Positions 26,363-36,095 of a DNA stretch of 54,581 nt are shown here, in pieces. Each line of letters opens with the position of its first letter. Position 1 is the stretch's first letter. Made by a program: the position numbers and the translations under genes. The notes under the pieces were generated by a model. The model was not told where the DNA came from and did not search any database. It saw nothing but the letters and a program-made list of their open reading frames with translations. The DNA is taken from assembly GCA_964503935.1 (NCBI GenBank), contig CAZDCJ010000001.1:1-54581 (forward strand), written 5' to 3'. This stretch comes from an uncultured Candidatus Saccharibacteria bacterium. GTDB taxonomy: Bacteria > Patescibacteriota > Minisyncoccia > JAHIHE01 > JAGLIN01.

Positions 26363-27226
26363 TTACAATATGGTTAAGAATAATACGCCCACGACCATTA
26401 TAGCACCTCCGACGAATTTCTGCTTGATTTCCTTCTCCTTGAAGATGATACCGCCGAGAATTATCGAAAGCAGGATGCTGAGACGCTTGATCGCGATCAC
26501 ATAGACTACCAGCGTTTTGCTGATTGCAAGCATCTGGAAAATGAGCGTCAGCGTACTGAGTATTCCGACGGCCAAGAGATGGAATTTCTCTTTCGCGATA
26601 TCCCTCTTTTCCCGTCTGATCCTTCCCCATGCCAAAGGAAGGATAAAAAGCGCGATCAAGAAGTTTTCCGCCATGACGAAGAAGATCGGCGAAGAATTCC
26701 CGATGGCAATCTTGTCCATGATTCCCGTCATGCTCCAGATAAAAGCCCCGCCGAGCATAAGCCGCGCGCCTTCATCTCGGAGAAGCGCCCTGAACGGCGC
26801 CGTGTATCCGTTCTTCCTTTCCTTGATATTGAGGAAATATGCGCCGATTACCACCAGGACGACTCCAACGAATCCTCCGGCATCCGGCAATTCCCCGAGC
26901 ATGAGATAGCCAGTGAGCAGCATAAAAAGCGGCGTAAAGGCGACCAGCGGCATAGTAACGGAGAGGTCGGACTTAAGAAGTGCCCTTATGGACCAGACCA
27001 GGGCAACGGCGCTCAAGAGACAATCCGCTATCAGCACTGTCCAGAAATCATCGCCCAGAGACGGGATGGGATTGAACAGATAAAAAGGAAGGATAAAAAT
27101 ACCCGGCAAAAATGCCATAAACCAAGAGACAACGTATTCGTCCACGCTCCTGAGGCTCTTCTTAGAGCTGACGCTCTTCGCCGCAGTGAATATCGCTACA
27201 AGAAACGAATAAATTATCCACATCAT
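26363..27226 (-). CDS. EamA/DMT-family transporter
   Basis: 287 aa with about 10 hydrophobic segments and two-fold internal symmetry, typical of EamA repeats. Confidence 0.8.
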   Translation of the reverse strand: MMWIIYSFLVAIFTAAKSVSSKKSLRSVDEYVVSWFMAFLPGIFILPFYLFNPIPSLGDDFWTVLIADCLLSAVALVWSIRALLKSDLSVTMPLVAFTPLFMLLTGYLMLGELPDAGGFVGVVLVVIGAYFLNIKERKNGYTAPFRALLRDEGARLMLGGAFIWSMTGIMDKIAIGNSSPIFFVMAENFLIALFILPLAWGRIRREKRDIAKEKFHLLAVGILSTLTLIFQMLAISKTLVVYVIAIKRLSILLSIILGGIIFKEKEIKQKFVGGAIMVVGVLFLTIL

Positions 27227-27231
27227 ATCAG

Positions 27232-27786
27232 TCAGATTATTTTCAAATCAGGCCACGACTTTTCCCATTCCTTACGCCTTATCCTGTCGCGATACTCTCT
27301 TTCATCGTCGAATTTCGGCCCTCTTCTTACCACGAGATTCACCAGATCTTCGACTCCGTACGGAGCGATGATCTTTAACTCATCCCGGCCGGCCAACTTG
27401 ACCGCAATCGCCGTACAGGTCTCCGGCCAATGACTAAGTCCGTCTTCGCATGAAAAATACTTATCGGAAATACGCGCATGATTCTTCACCGACCAATTCT
27501 CGTCCATCACGGCCCTGAGCTCCCTTTCGTATATCTTTTCCGATGCCTCTTCCTTATTACGGGTATCGAAATATATAAGATCGATATCAATCGAGCTGCT
27601 CTGCGTTCTCTCTTTGTAGCCGTGCAATTCGTCCCAGACTTTGTTCCTGACAAAGCCAGCGCCGATCATCCAATCCGGCAGATCAAGCCTGGCGGCGCAT
27701 CGGATGACACCCATCATCCATTCGTCTGCCAGGATCATGCGTTTTATGTCACTATCGTTTTCAATTTTTTTCATCAATATATCCAT
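27232..27786 (-). CDS. nucleotidyltransferase-family protein (NTP_transf_6/DUF925-like)
   Basis: 184 aa with W.IGAGFVRNKVWD and IDIDLIYFD (pol-beta-type DxD). Confidence 0.65.
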   Translation of the reverse strand: MDILMKKIENDSDIKRMILADEWMMGVIRCAARLDLPDWMIGAGFVRNKVWDELHGYKERTQSSSIDIDLIYFDTRNKEEASEKIYERELRAVMDENWSVKNHARISDKYFSCEDGLSHWPETCTAIAVKLAGRDELKIIAPYGVEDLVNLVVRRGPKFDDEREYRDRIRRKEWEKSWPDLKII

Positions 27787-27812
27787 ATCCCCTTATACGC
27801 TAAATTTCCTAC

Positions 27813-27957
27813 TGTCATTCCGGCCTTGAGCCGGAATATCCTCGCAATACTTCACCTAAGGATACTTCTCCTGGCAATACAAATTCCATTTGATTAGTTC
27901 TTACCCTATTGCTAGCGAATTCCGGATATTTTGCTTCCGCAGAATTCCGGAATGACA
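27813..27957. repeat. MITE-like element type B (TGTCATTCCGG ... CCGGAATGACA)
   Basis: 145 bp with a perfect 11-bp terminal inverted repeat. Both arms are internal palindromes (CCGGCCTTGAGCCGG; GGAATTC...GAATTCC). Confidence 0.75.
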
Positions 27958-27965
27958 ATCTAATG

Positions 27966-28754
27966 TCAGAGACAAGACTCTATGGACTCTTTCATATGAT
28001 CAACGAATGACGATATCTCGACCTCCATCCCTTCCCACCTGTCGGTACTTTCTCCTGAATAAGCCTTTCTTGCCACATCGAGCAAGGCCGCATATTCTTC
28101 GGGCAATCGAGCTACTGCCCACCGCGCGGCCTGATCCTTCGAGCTGATCTCACCGATAGCAGCTGTCTGCCACATCCGTGCCAAGGTCAGGATAACGTTA
28201 CGTTCATCACCTTTGATCGATGCTACCAGCCCCGGCAAAGATTCTTTGATCGCTCTTCGGATATCTGCCATCGGCACAGGCTCAAGTATTTCCGACGCCT
28301 TCAGCCCGTAAAGATTGATGCTATTTTCTCTTGCTTGGAATAAAAGGATCGCCAGATCCGGATCATAGGTCGGCTCAGGAATTTTCTCTTTTTCAAACTG
28401 CCCTCTCAGCCATTCGCCATACATGAATTCGTATCGGGGAGGGAACTGCCACGGAATGATATTTTTTTGATTTACCACTGTGACCTCAAGCGGCCTCACT
28501 CTGTCCGTATTTCCTATTTTCCCGGATATAAGCATCAGCCTCTGTGTAAGATTCTTCCGAGTTCCTTCAGAGAGGTTACCGTCTGCTACAGCCAAAATAT
28601 CCACATCGCTATCGACGCGCAGACCTCCCGTTGCCGCAGAACCGTATAAATATACTCCTACTAATATATCATCAAGCAGTTCCGTTATGACTCCTAATGC
28701 CCGGATCGCTTCTTCGGGTATTTTTTTGTCATTCAAGTTTATTCCCGACTCCAT
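27966..28754 (-). CDS. aminoglycoside nucleotidyltransferase ANT(3'')/AadA-like protein
   Basis: 262 aa. The N-terminal NTase motif is GVYLYGSAATGGLRVDSDVDILAV. The helical C-terminal domain and overall length resemble AadA-type adenylyltransferases. The substrate cannot be inferred. Confidence 0.7.
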   Translation of the reverse strand: MESGINLNDKKIPEEAIRALGVITELLDDILVGVYLYGSAATGGLRVDSDVDILAVADGNLSEGTRKNLTQRLMLISGKIGNTDRVRPLEVTVVNQKNIIPWQFPPRYEFMYGEWLRGQFEKEKIPEPTYDPDLAILLFQARENSINLYGLKASEILEPVPMADIRRAIKESLPGLVASIKGDERNVILTLARMWQTAAIGEISSKDQAARWAVARLPEEYAALLDVARKAYSGESTDRWEGMEVEISSFVDHMKESIESCL

Positions 28755-28882
28755 TTTCTTTCAATTTTTACTATTTAAAAATATTCAATTAGATCCCTTA
28801 TATATTTATCATATTTTCCCTGAAAAACATCGGGGCATCCAAGCATCGGCAGATGATAATGTCTCGTAGCCAAGATACGGAT

Positions 28883-29371
28883 TTATTTCTCATACTTGAC
28901 CAGATCCTCATACACGAGATCTTCCACATATTCTCTATACCCTTCCAAATCCCTACGGATAACGCCCGCCGAAATAGGCACATTCACCCGCGCCTTATCC
29001 ACGACTATATTCTCCGCACAGAACGCTTCGGCAAGATGCCTCCCGTAATCTTCCGAAGAGAAAACACAATCAATCTTCGTACCGGTCGGGAGTTTGCTCT
29101 TCGCATAATCGATATGAAGCTTGTTTATTTCCGGCGTATTCCCCGTCTCCTTCGGTCCTACTCCTGCATTTATGACTTCCGCTTCGGGATACAACTTCCC
29201 GACCCACCCGACCCGCACCTCCACCGGTACCTTCGTGAGTTCCGGCACATCATAAACCAACACGATCAGATGATCGCACTTTTCCAGCGCCTTTTCCAGA
29301 AGAAACCGATGTCCCTTGTGGAACGGCGCGAATTTTCCGATTACCAGCCCGGTCTTCTTTTCTTCTTCCAT
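28883..29371 (-). CDS. cytidylyl/adenylyltransferase-fold protein, NadR/NadM-type NMN adenylyltransferase-like
   Basis: 162 aa with GKFAPFHKGH (HxGH) and ISAGVIRRD (ISxxxxR). Confidence 0.65.
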   Translation of the reverse strand: MEEEKKTGLVIGKFAPFHKGHRFLLEKALEKCDHLIVLVYDVPELTKVPVEVRVGWVGKLYPEAEVINAGVGPKETGNTPEINKLHIDYAKSKLPTGTKIDCVFSSEDYGRHLAEAFCAENIVVDKARVNVPISAGVIRRDLEGYREYVEDLVYEDLVKYEK

Positions 29372-29376
29372 GATAA

Positions 29377-30024
29377 TCAGCCAAAAAATTTGCTAAACTC
29401 GACATCAAATCCCAGCATATTCATATCATTCTCGAATTGGAGGTTGCCCGTGAAGAGAAAGCTCTGGATACCGTAGCCGGAGGCGACCTCGATATTCTTC
29501 CCGCTGTCGTCGAAATACGCTATATCCCATAGGATCGTTATTCCCTTCTTATCCTCCAAATCCTGAAGCACATGATCCCAGAACTGCGGCGCGTCTTTCT
29601 TGTATCCGATATCGCAGGAAATGTAATGCCCGTCGAAAGAATCCTTGAGAAGCTCTTCCGAGAGGAAACGCCCCTGGTACGGCCCCTGGTTGGTCGCGAT
29701 ATAGCACAGAGTCCCGCCCGCCCTGACTTCCTGGATTTTCGCGATAAAATCCCGGTCGAGATATTTTCTTGAGAATTCACATTGTGCATCAAGATAATCT
29801 TTCGCCGAGCCTTTCCATCCGAATTCCTTGAGGAACGGCTCGATGACTTCTTCCTCGGTCTTCTTACCTTCATTGTATGACGAGGTATTATCCGCGTGAT
29901 AATACGACTGCATGATCCGTGGAGCATCTTCGTATCCCTGCTCCGCGAGCGAAGCCGTAAAATTGTGCCGGTATCTTATCAGCACCCCGTCCACGTCGAA
30001 TAAGATGACTTTTGATTTGGACAT
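29377..30024 (-). CDS. HAD-superfamily hydrolase
   Basis: 215 aa. Motif I is ILFDVDGVLI. The start of the downstream transferase lies 6 nt after its stop. Confidence 0.72.
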   Translation of the reverse strand: MSKSKVILFDVDGVLIRYRHNFTASLAEQGYEDAPRIMQSYYHADNTSSYNEGKKTEEEVIEPFLKEFGWKGSAKDYLDAQCEFSRKYLDRDFIAKIQEVRAGGTLCYIATNQGPYQGRFLSEELLKDSFDGHYISCDIGYKKDAPQFWDHVLQDLEDKKGITILWDIAYFDDSGKNIEVASGYGIQSFLFTGNLQFENDMNMLGFDVEFSKFFG

Positions 30025-30043
30025 ATATCTAACTATAACTGAT

Positions 30044-30367
30044 TTAAATATTTATTACCCCCCCTTCCTCTTTGTTCGCAGAAATACTAAAAATGCCTAC
30101 TATTCTATTACGAAACCAATCATTAAAAAAGCATAACCAAAATAAGATAATAGCACAAATAATAATCAAGATGATTTTTATACACCAGAAATAACCGATG
30201 CCGAAGTCTGGCAATACAGATATAATTCCCACAAATAACGTAAGTAGTATATTGTAACTTAAAGGAAAATAAGCCCAATTTTTTTCTCCTCTCTTTATTT
30301 TAATATCGATTCCGTCGCTCCTGAGATTATAATTTCCCGTTTTCGCTTTAAGAGTAAAATTTTTCAT
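30044..30367 (-). CDS. hypothetical small membrane protein (AT-rich)
   Basis: 107 aa with two TM segments (NILLTLFVGIISVL; IKIILIIICAIILFWLCFF). Confidence 0.45.
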   Translation of the reverse strand: MKNFTLKAKTGNYNLRSDGIDIKIKRGEKNWAYFPLSYNILLTLFVGIISVLPDFGIGYFWCIKIILIIICAIILFWLCFFNDWFRNRIVGIFSISANKEEGGVINI

Positions 30368-30384
30368 AGATATAAGAATTAATA

Positions 30385-30490
30385 TGTCATCCTGAACTTG
30401 TTTCAGGATCCTCGCAATATAAGGCTTGGACGCATTAAAAGGTCATTTAACGAAATAGTACGAAGATGCTGAAACGAGTTTAGCATGATA
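30385..30490 (+). repeat. double-hairpin MITE-like element type A
   Basis: TGTCATCCTGAACTTGTTTCAGGATCCTCG ... GAAGATGCTGAAACGAGTTTAGCATGATA. Confidence 0.75.
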
Positions 30491-30532
30491 ACCAAAGTAG
30501 TGCCTACCGCTAAACCGACTTTGATTATCCCG

Positions 30533-31141
30533 TCAATTTATCAGCTCGAATTTCCCTCCCGCCGCACCGACAAGCGCTATGCCATCACGAAGGCGTACGA
30601 CTTCCACTCCGCTCTCTTTCTCGTAAGCAACGACTGCCTTCTCGTCATGCATCTCGTAATGCGGAACGATAGCCTTCGATATGAAACCCATTGCCGAGAG
30701 GTCTGTAAGGCCGATACCGTTCGGATCACCCTTAGTATAGTCCAAGACTTTGATTGACGGCCCCGCGATGATACTGCCGGCGCTCACACCGATATACAAG
30801 CCCCCATTTCCGACAAACTTTCCGAGAACATAATCAAAACCGCTCTTTTTCGTCCAGCGTAAGAGATAGTAAGTATTGCCGCCATTCACATAGATCACGT
30901 CGAATTCCCGGAGATCTTCCGGATCCTGCTTCTCGATGTCGAAGAACGCCGTCTCGCCAAAACCCGCCTCCTTGAACTGGAATTTTGCCAGGACCGCGAA
31001 CTCATTCCTCTCCTTGTCCTCTGAGGCGGTGGTCACTATCGCGACCTTTTTCTTGTGCGTATCGCCGTCAAAATATCCTTTCACACGGTCCATGATCCTG
31101 GGATTAGAAAATCCCGAAGATGTAAGTATGATGTTTTCCAT
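30533..31141 (-). CDS. peptidase S51 (dipeptidase E-like)
   Basis: 202 aa with IYVNGGNTYYLL and the nucleophile motif GVSAGSII. Confidence 0.78.
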   Translation of the reverse strand: MENIILTSSGFSNPRIMDRVKGYFDGDTHKKKVAIVTTASEDKERNEFAVLAKFQFKEAGFGETAFFDIEKQDPEDLREFDVIYVNGGNTYYLLRWTKKSGFDYVLGKFVGNGGLYIGVSAGSIIAGPSIKVLDYTKGDPNGIGLTDLSAMGFISKAIVPHYEMHDEKAVVAYEKESGVEVVRLRDGIALVGAAGGKFELIN

Positions 31142-31435
31142 ATAGCAGTACTTATCGCCTGAATTATAGGGATTGTCCTCCGCAACATTGGATACTCCTT
31201 CTAGTCATTATAGCATCAGCAAAATAAAAAGGCGAAAAAGTAATCCCCTCAAGCCTTTGCCGAATCGACTATCTTTCATGGAATCATACGATAATAAGCA
31301 AGATGAGCGGTAATGAAGGGATTCTTACCAGACTTGTCCTCGGCTTGATCGGGGAATGACAAAATGATGGATTTAACCCAGAATAAGCAGCTTATTAACC
31401 TTGAGAATGTTGTTTCCGAGATTCGCCTCTCCTCG

Positions 31436-31462
31436 CGCAAATAAAAGCCCCCGAAGGGGCGC
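31436..31462 (-). terminator. rho-independent terminator after the GT2 gene
   Basis: The minus strand reads GCCCC-TTCG-GGGGC followed by TTTTATTT. Confidence 0.5.
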
Positions 31463-31490
31463 AAGACAAGATACCCGCCCGGATCAAAGG

Positions 31491-32225
31491 CTATTTCTCA
31501 TCCTTCTTGTCATAGATATCGAATTCATAATTGAAGCGGTTTTCCTTATCCATTCTTCCGCGCAAGAAGATATAAAGTCCCAGGCCGACATCTTGACGGA
31601 GTACCTTGAGATACCCCTCTTTCTTGAGCCGGCGAGACGAAACATTGACTTTCACCTTCACCATGAAGCGGAATCTCCCTAACTTCGCTCCGCGCTGAGC
31701 ATAATCGGAATCCTCGCCGAGAATGATTTTCTCATCAAAGCCTCCTAGCTTATCATGCAGCTCTTTTCTCACGAAGATACACCATCCTCCCGCGAGAGGT
31801 TTTGCAAGCTGTGAAACCGCGACAAAATAGTTCCACCAGCGGAAGAACAGCTTATCCATGAAATTGCCTTCTGTAATCGCTATGGGCACGCCCATCGAAA
31901 GATCCCTTTCTTTGAATTCATCAAGCGCACGCTCAAGGAAATCCGCACTCGGCAATTCGGTATCAGCATCCAGAAAAAGGATGATATCCCCGATTGCCGC
32001 CGCCGCACCGCGATTCCTCCCCGCGCCTGGCAATCCTCCGCCAGTCACTCTGCAGCCATGACTCTCCGCGATGGCACGAGTGCCGTCGGAAGAATCATTA
32101 TCCGCCACGATTATCTCATAGTCGGAAAAACTCTGCCCCTTGATGCTTGCTAACAGCTTGGGCAGGTATCTCTCCTCGTTCTTGGTCGGGATGACTATCG
32201 ACAGCATGTTGGTAATCTGAACCAT
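31491..32225 (-). CDS. family 2 glycosyltransferase
   Basis: 244 aa with SIVIPTKNEE, ADN.SSDGT and FLDADT. Confidence 0.87.
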   Translation of the reverse strand: MVQITNMLSIVIPTKNEERYLPKLLASIKGQSFSDYEIIVADNDSSDGTRAIAESHGCRVTGGGLPGAGRNRGAAAAIGDIILFLDADTELPSADFLERALDEFKERDLSMGVPIAITEGNFMDKLFFRWWNYFVAVSQLAKPLAGGWCIFVRKELHDKLGGFDEKIILGEDSDYAQRGAKLGRFRFMVKVKVNVSSRRLKKEGYLKVLRQDVGLGLYIFLRGRMDKENRFNYEFDIYDKKDEK

Positions 32226-32263
32226 TTAAATATCCCCTCTCCGCTTATCGCCCTGAAACGTCC

Positions 32264-33427
32264 CTATTCATCTTTCTTCTTCCGGACGAGGTCTTTGTAG
32301 AGAGCGACGACCTTTTCCGTCCACGGCTCGATACGGAAAGTCTGGGCATTTATGCGCGCCGCGGCCGACATCTTCTCCCGAAGTTCCATGTCCTCGATGA
32401 GCTTGATAGCATTGGCGGCGAAATTTTCCTCCGTATGGTCCGTAAGGATCCCGTCCTGTCCTGACCTGATCATATCTTCGATACCGCTCGCCTTCACCGC
32501 GACTACCGGAAGACCCGCCGCCATGGCTTCCACTGCCACCAGCCCCTGCGTTTCCGTAAGCGAAGCGAAGGCGAATATATCGCTCGCCTGGTAATGCGCG
32601 ATCATCCCTTCCTTGTCGAGAAGGCCGGTAAAGATGACGCTCTCCTCGATGCCAAGCTCCTTGACCAGCGCCTCAAGCTCATCGCGATAACTCCCCTCTC
32701 CGACGATCATCAGCCTCACATCCTTACGGGTCTTGCGGATGATAGCGAAGGACCGCACAAGGAAATCGATATTCTTTTCCGGCACGACCCGGCTCGCAGT
32801 AATGAGCAAAACCTCATTATCTTTGATATCGTATTTGCTCCGGATCTCGCTCCGTCGTCCCACGTCCTTAGCAAACAGGTCGATATTGATACCGCTCGGG
32901 ATGACATGGACAGATTTCTTGACGCCGTCATCAAAAATCAGCTTCTTGATGGCGCTCGACGGCGCGATTATGGCATCGCATTTCCTGCAATTGCGTCTCA
33001 CGAAATAACGGATTATCTTCTGTGAGATCTTCTTCGGAATAAGAATCACATAATGATAATAGTCGGTATATTTGATATGATATGTCATGACTACCGGGAT
33101 TCCCAGCTTCCTGCCGAGCTTGGTCGCTTCCCATCCGAGAGAAAACGGCTGATGGCTATGGATGATATCGAGATTGAGCGAGCGCACTACATCGTCCATC
33201 TTCGATATCTGTGGGATCGGAATCGTATAAAGATAATCATCGTAAGTGAAATAGAACGACTTGTAGCGATAGACGCTCTTATCGGTCTCTTTCCAGTCCG
33301 GATAATTAGGAGCAAAGATGAACACTTCGTGCCCCGCCGCCCGGAGTCCGCTGGTCAGATTGATTACCGACGTCTCCATCCCCCCCTTCGAGGGGATGTA
33401 ATAATTGATGAACATCCCGATTCTCAT
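32264..33427 (-). CDS. family 4 (GT-B) glycosyltransferase, diacylglycerol glycosyltransferase-like N-terminus
   Basis: 387 aa. The N-terminus reads MRIGMFINYYIPSKGGMETSVINL...GHEV and the EX7E region reads ETQGLVAVEAMAAGLPVV. Confidence 0.85.
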   Translation of the reverse strand: MRIGMFINYYIPSKGGMETSVINLTSGLRAAGHEVFIFAPNYPDWKETDKSVYRYKSFYFTYDDYLYTIPIPQISKMDDVVRSLNLDIIHSHQPFSLGWEATKLGRKLGIPVVMTYHIKYTDYYHYVILIPKKISQKIIRYFVRRNCRKCDAIIAPSSAIKKLIFDDGVKKSVHVIPSGINIDLFAKDVGRRSEIRSKYDIKDNEVLLITASRVVPEKNIDFLVRSFAIIRKTRKDVRLMIVGEGSYRDELEALVKELGIEESVIFTGLLDKEGMIAHYQASDIFAFASLTETQGLVAVEAMAAGLPVVAVKASGIEDMIRSGQDGILTDHTEENFAANAIKLIEDMELREKMSAAARINAQTFRIEPWTEKVVALYKDLVRKKKDE

Positions 33428-33446
33428 GTCCGTAAATGATTACTGA

Positions 33447-33914
33447 TTATTTTATCCGCAAAAATTTATCTGCCCTTTCCCTGACACTGCCGGCGATACG
33501 ATGCCAAAAAGAATAAAAATATACGAGATTGATGAATATCAGCGAAATCACGATGACGGCGTCATAGCTGGCACGCACCCAATAGTCGTCTTCCAGCCTG
33601 AACCACATGCCGAATTCATCGAAAGTCAGCCCCAGGCCAACTCCATAAAGCGCCCCGATCCTGAGACGCTTCTTCTCATCCTGAAAGACCAGCGCCAGGA
33701 ATCCCGCAATGGCCATGATGACGATTCCGTAATTGAGGTGATGGACGTGATAGCCCTTGATATATATGTAGGGATCCTCCATAATACCGAAAGTCGCGGA
33801 TAGCACGTAAAGTCTCACGAGGATAAACGTGACAAGAAAAGCGACCAGCACTACGAAACTGATCCTTCCTTTATGCCTTACGATCAGATTATCATAAACT
33901 ATACCCATCTTCAT
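33447..33914 (-). CDS. hypothetical multi-pass membrane protein
   Basis: 155 aa with 4 hydrophobic segments, co-directional with the GT genes and 19 nt downstream of them. Confidence 0.55.
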   Translation of the reverse strand: MKMGIVYDNLIVRHKGRISFVVLVAFLVTFILVRLYVLSATFGIMEDPYIYIKGYHVHHLNYGIVIMAIAGFLALVFQDEKKRLRIGALYGVGLGLTFDEFGMWFRLEDDYWVRASYDAVIVISLIFINLVYFYSFWHRIAGSVRERADKFLRIK

Positions 33915-34106
33915 AAATTAGCCTGCATGACCGTCATCCACCTGTTTATTCCGAGACACGTCCGAATCTTTCACCTATAATATAACACAAGCAAGCAATA
34001 ACACAAAGGCCTATCACTCTCCTGTCGAGGAAAAAGGGGGCTGGTCAAGGCACGGCATAAGACGAAAAAATCCCACCAGGGGATATTTTCATATTGAGGA
34101 TACGGG

Positions 34107-34415
34107 TCAGCTTTCCAGCGGCTCCATAATGATAGCTTTTACCGGGCATTCGCTCGCGCAGATGCCGCAGCCTTTGCAGTGGTCGAGATCTATATGGTCG
34201 ATGGCATTCTTCTTAATTCCTTTCCCGTCCCTGACTTCCTTGATCTTGATTGCCATCTCCGGACAGTAGGCAGCACAGCGGAGGCACCCGACGCATTTCT
34301 CCGGCACATGGACCGGCTTTTGTGATTTCCAGCTTCCGGTCTTCACTTCGTTGGAATTCCCGGCATCGAGGATCTTACCGCCGATCGGGATTTCCTTTGC
34401 GCTCATAAGTTTCAT
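34107..34415 (-). CDS. porD: 2-oxoacid:ferredoxin oxidoreductase delta subunit (2x[4Fe-4S] ferredoxin domain)
   Basis: 102 aa with CVGCLRCAAYCP and CKGCGICASECP. It lies directly downstream of the gamma subunit. Confidence 0.78.
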   Translation of the reverse strand: MKLMSAKEIPIGGKILDAGNSNEVKTGSWKSQKPVHVPEKCVGCLRCAAYCPEMAIKIKEVRDGKGIKKNAIDHIDLDHCKGCGICASECPVKAIIMEPLES

Positions 34416-34434
34416 ATATACGAATGTTAATTGT

Positions 34435-35058
34435 TTACTGGCTCACCTTCCTGGGACGCGCCATGCAGTAACCATCGGGAATCTGCTGGGCGGCAACCGC
34501 CGTGTAGCCCCGTTCGAGCGCTTCCAGATTCTTTTCCACCATCTCTTTCGTCAGCTTGGCATCGAATTTTCCCTGGAGCTGCTTCTTCACTTCCCTGAAA
34601 GGGATCGCCGGATATAGCCGGGCAATCGCTCCCGCCATCACGGTATTGGGTAGGTTCTTGCCGAGAAACTCCTTGCTGATACCACTGGCATCTATGAGAC
34701 GAATCTCGCACTTCTTGTTCTTGATAAGAGGCAATATCTCCTTTTCTTTCTTGCCCGTATTGATAAGGAGGACGCCACCTTCTTCCATACCGTCAGAAAC
34801 GTCCACGCTCTGCAAGAGAGATGCATCCATTACCACGACCATATCCGGCCGCTCCACGTCTCCATGCAGGCGGATTTCTTTCTCAGAAAGCCTCACAAAA
34901 GTCTTCATTGGCGCACCCGAACGCTCCGGACCATACTCGGCAAAGGTCTGCGCGTGCTTTCCTTCAGCGATGAATGCTTTCGCTATCACTATGCCTGCCG
35001 TTTTCGCCCCCTGTCCTCCCCGGCTGTGGATCCTGATCTGATAAATGTTTTCTATCAT
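34435..35058 (-). CDS. porG: 2-oxoacid:ferredoxin oxidoreductase gamma subunit
   Basis: 207 aa with the N-terminus IRIHSRGGQGAKTAG, typical of POR/KOR gamma. Confidence 0.83.
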   Translation of the reverse strand: MIENIYQIRIHSRGGQGAKTAGIVIAKAFIAEGKHAQTFAEYGPERSGAPMKTFVRLSEKEIRLHGDVERPDMVVVMDASLLQSVDVSDGMEEGGVLLINTGKKEKEILPLIKNKKCEIRLIDASGISKEFLGKNLPNTVMAGAIARLYPAIPFREVKKQLQGKFDAKLTKEMVEKNLEALERGYTAVAAQQIPDGYCMARPRKVSQ

Positions 35059-35070
35059 TTTTTATATCTG

Positions 35071-36087
35071 TTAATTATTTATCTCCCAATACCTTACTAT
35101 CGGTATGACCGCAATCCTCGAGACGACCGTCTTTTCCAGTTTATCCGAAAGCGTTTTCTCTATCTCTCCTATCTTAGCTTCGTCCAGCTTTCCCGGATAC
35201 TCAATGGTCATACCCACCGTCAATGTCCGTCCGTTTTCTCTCATATTGATATCCAAGATGGCAGCATCGGCAAGTTCGGCCGCTATCGTCTCTTTCACTA
35301 TGATTTCCCGGTCCCGCTCTTTCACCGTACCTTCGGTAAGGAAAAGGAGCGGAATAGCGATAGTCACGAGGGATAAGACGGTCCACATCAGATTATTTTT
35401 CCGCTTCTCCTGTCCCCTGACGCTTGCCGGCCCCTTGAACTTCGCCAGGGTAAAGAAGAATGAAGAAGCGAAAGTGATCGCGATAAGGTTGGAAAGATAG
35501 AGCAGGAACGCGCCCATGGCCAGCCCCAGCTCCCAGTGAGATAGGGCTATCCCCATTATAGAAAGCGGCGTCATGAGGGTAGAGGCGATGAAGACGCCGG
35601 CAATAGCAGAACCGATTCCGGGATACGCTACGATAAAAGCTCCCGTAAATCCCGCCGTAATCGCGATAAGCAGCTCGAATATCGTGGGCGAAGTCCGCGA
35701 CAGGAATTCTCCTCCCGTGACCGCATAATCCGGCAGGATCAGTCCTATGAAAAAGGCGAGTAGGAATATTATTATCGCGCTCCTCACTATGGTGTCCGTC
35801 GAACTCTGGATGAGCCTGGATTTGCCCTCTACCAGTCCGAGAGAAAGTGCCAGCACCGGCCAGACCAGAGGCGATATCAGCACCCCGCCAAGGATTACCG
35901 ACGACGAATCGACGATCAGCCCGAGGATTATCATTACGGCCGCAGAAATAGTGAGCAGGGAGAAATCGAAGTCATCTTCCGCATTATCCTTGATCTCGTC
36001 ATACACACGCCTCTGTCTTTCCGCATCGATATGGAGATTAGCAGCATATCTCTTCAATTTCCCCAACTTTTCTTTGCTTGTTCCCAT
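35071..36087 (-). CDS. multi-pass membrane protein, DUF389-like
   Basis: 338 aa after trimming ORF-track 35071..36132 to Met16, which removes the overlap with acd. It has about 8 TM segments plus a soluble C-terminal domain. The family assignment is from memory of DUF389 architecture. Confidence 0.55.
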   Translation of the reverse strand: MGTSKEKLGKLKRYAANLHIDAERQRRVYDEIKDNAEDDFDFSLLTISAAVMIILGLIVDSSSVILGGVLISPLVWPVLALSLGLVEGKSRLIQSSTDTIVRSAIIIFLLAFFIGLILPDYAVTGGEFLSRTSPTIFELLIAITAGFTGAFIVAYPGIGSAIAGVFIASTLMTPLSIMGIALSHWELGLAMGAFLLYLSNLIAITFASSFFFTLAKFKGPASVRGQEKRKNNLMWTVLSLVTIAIPLLFLTEGTVKERDREIIVKETIAAELADAAILDINMRENGRTLTVGMTIEYPGKLDEAKIGEIEKTLSDKLEKTVVSRIAVIPIVRYWEINN

Positions 36088-36095
36088 AGATGATA

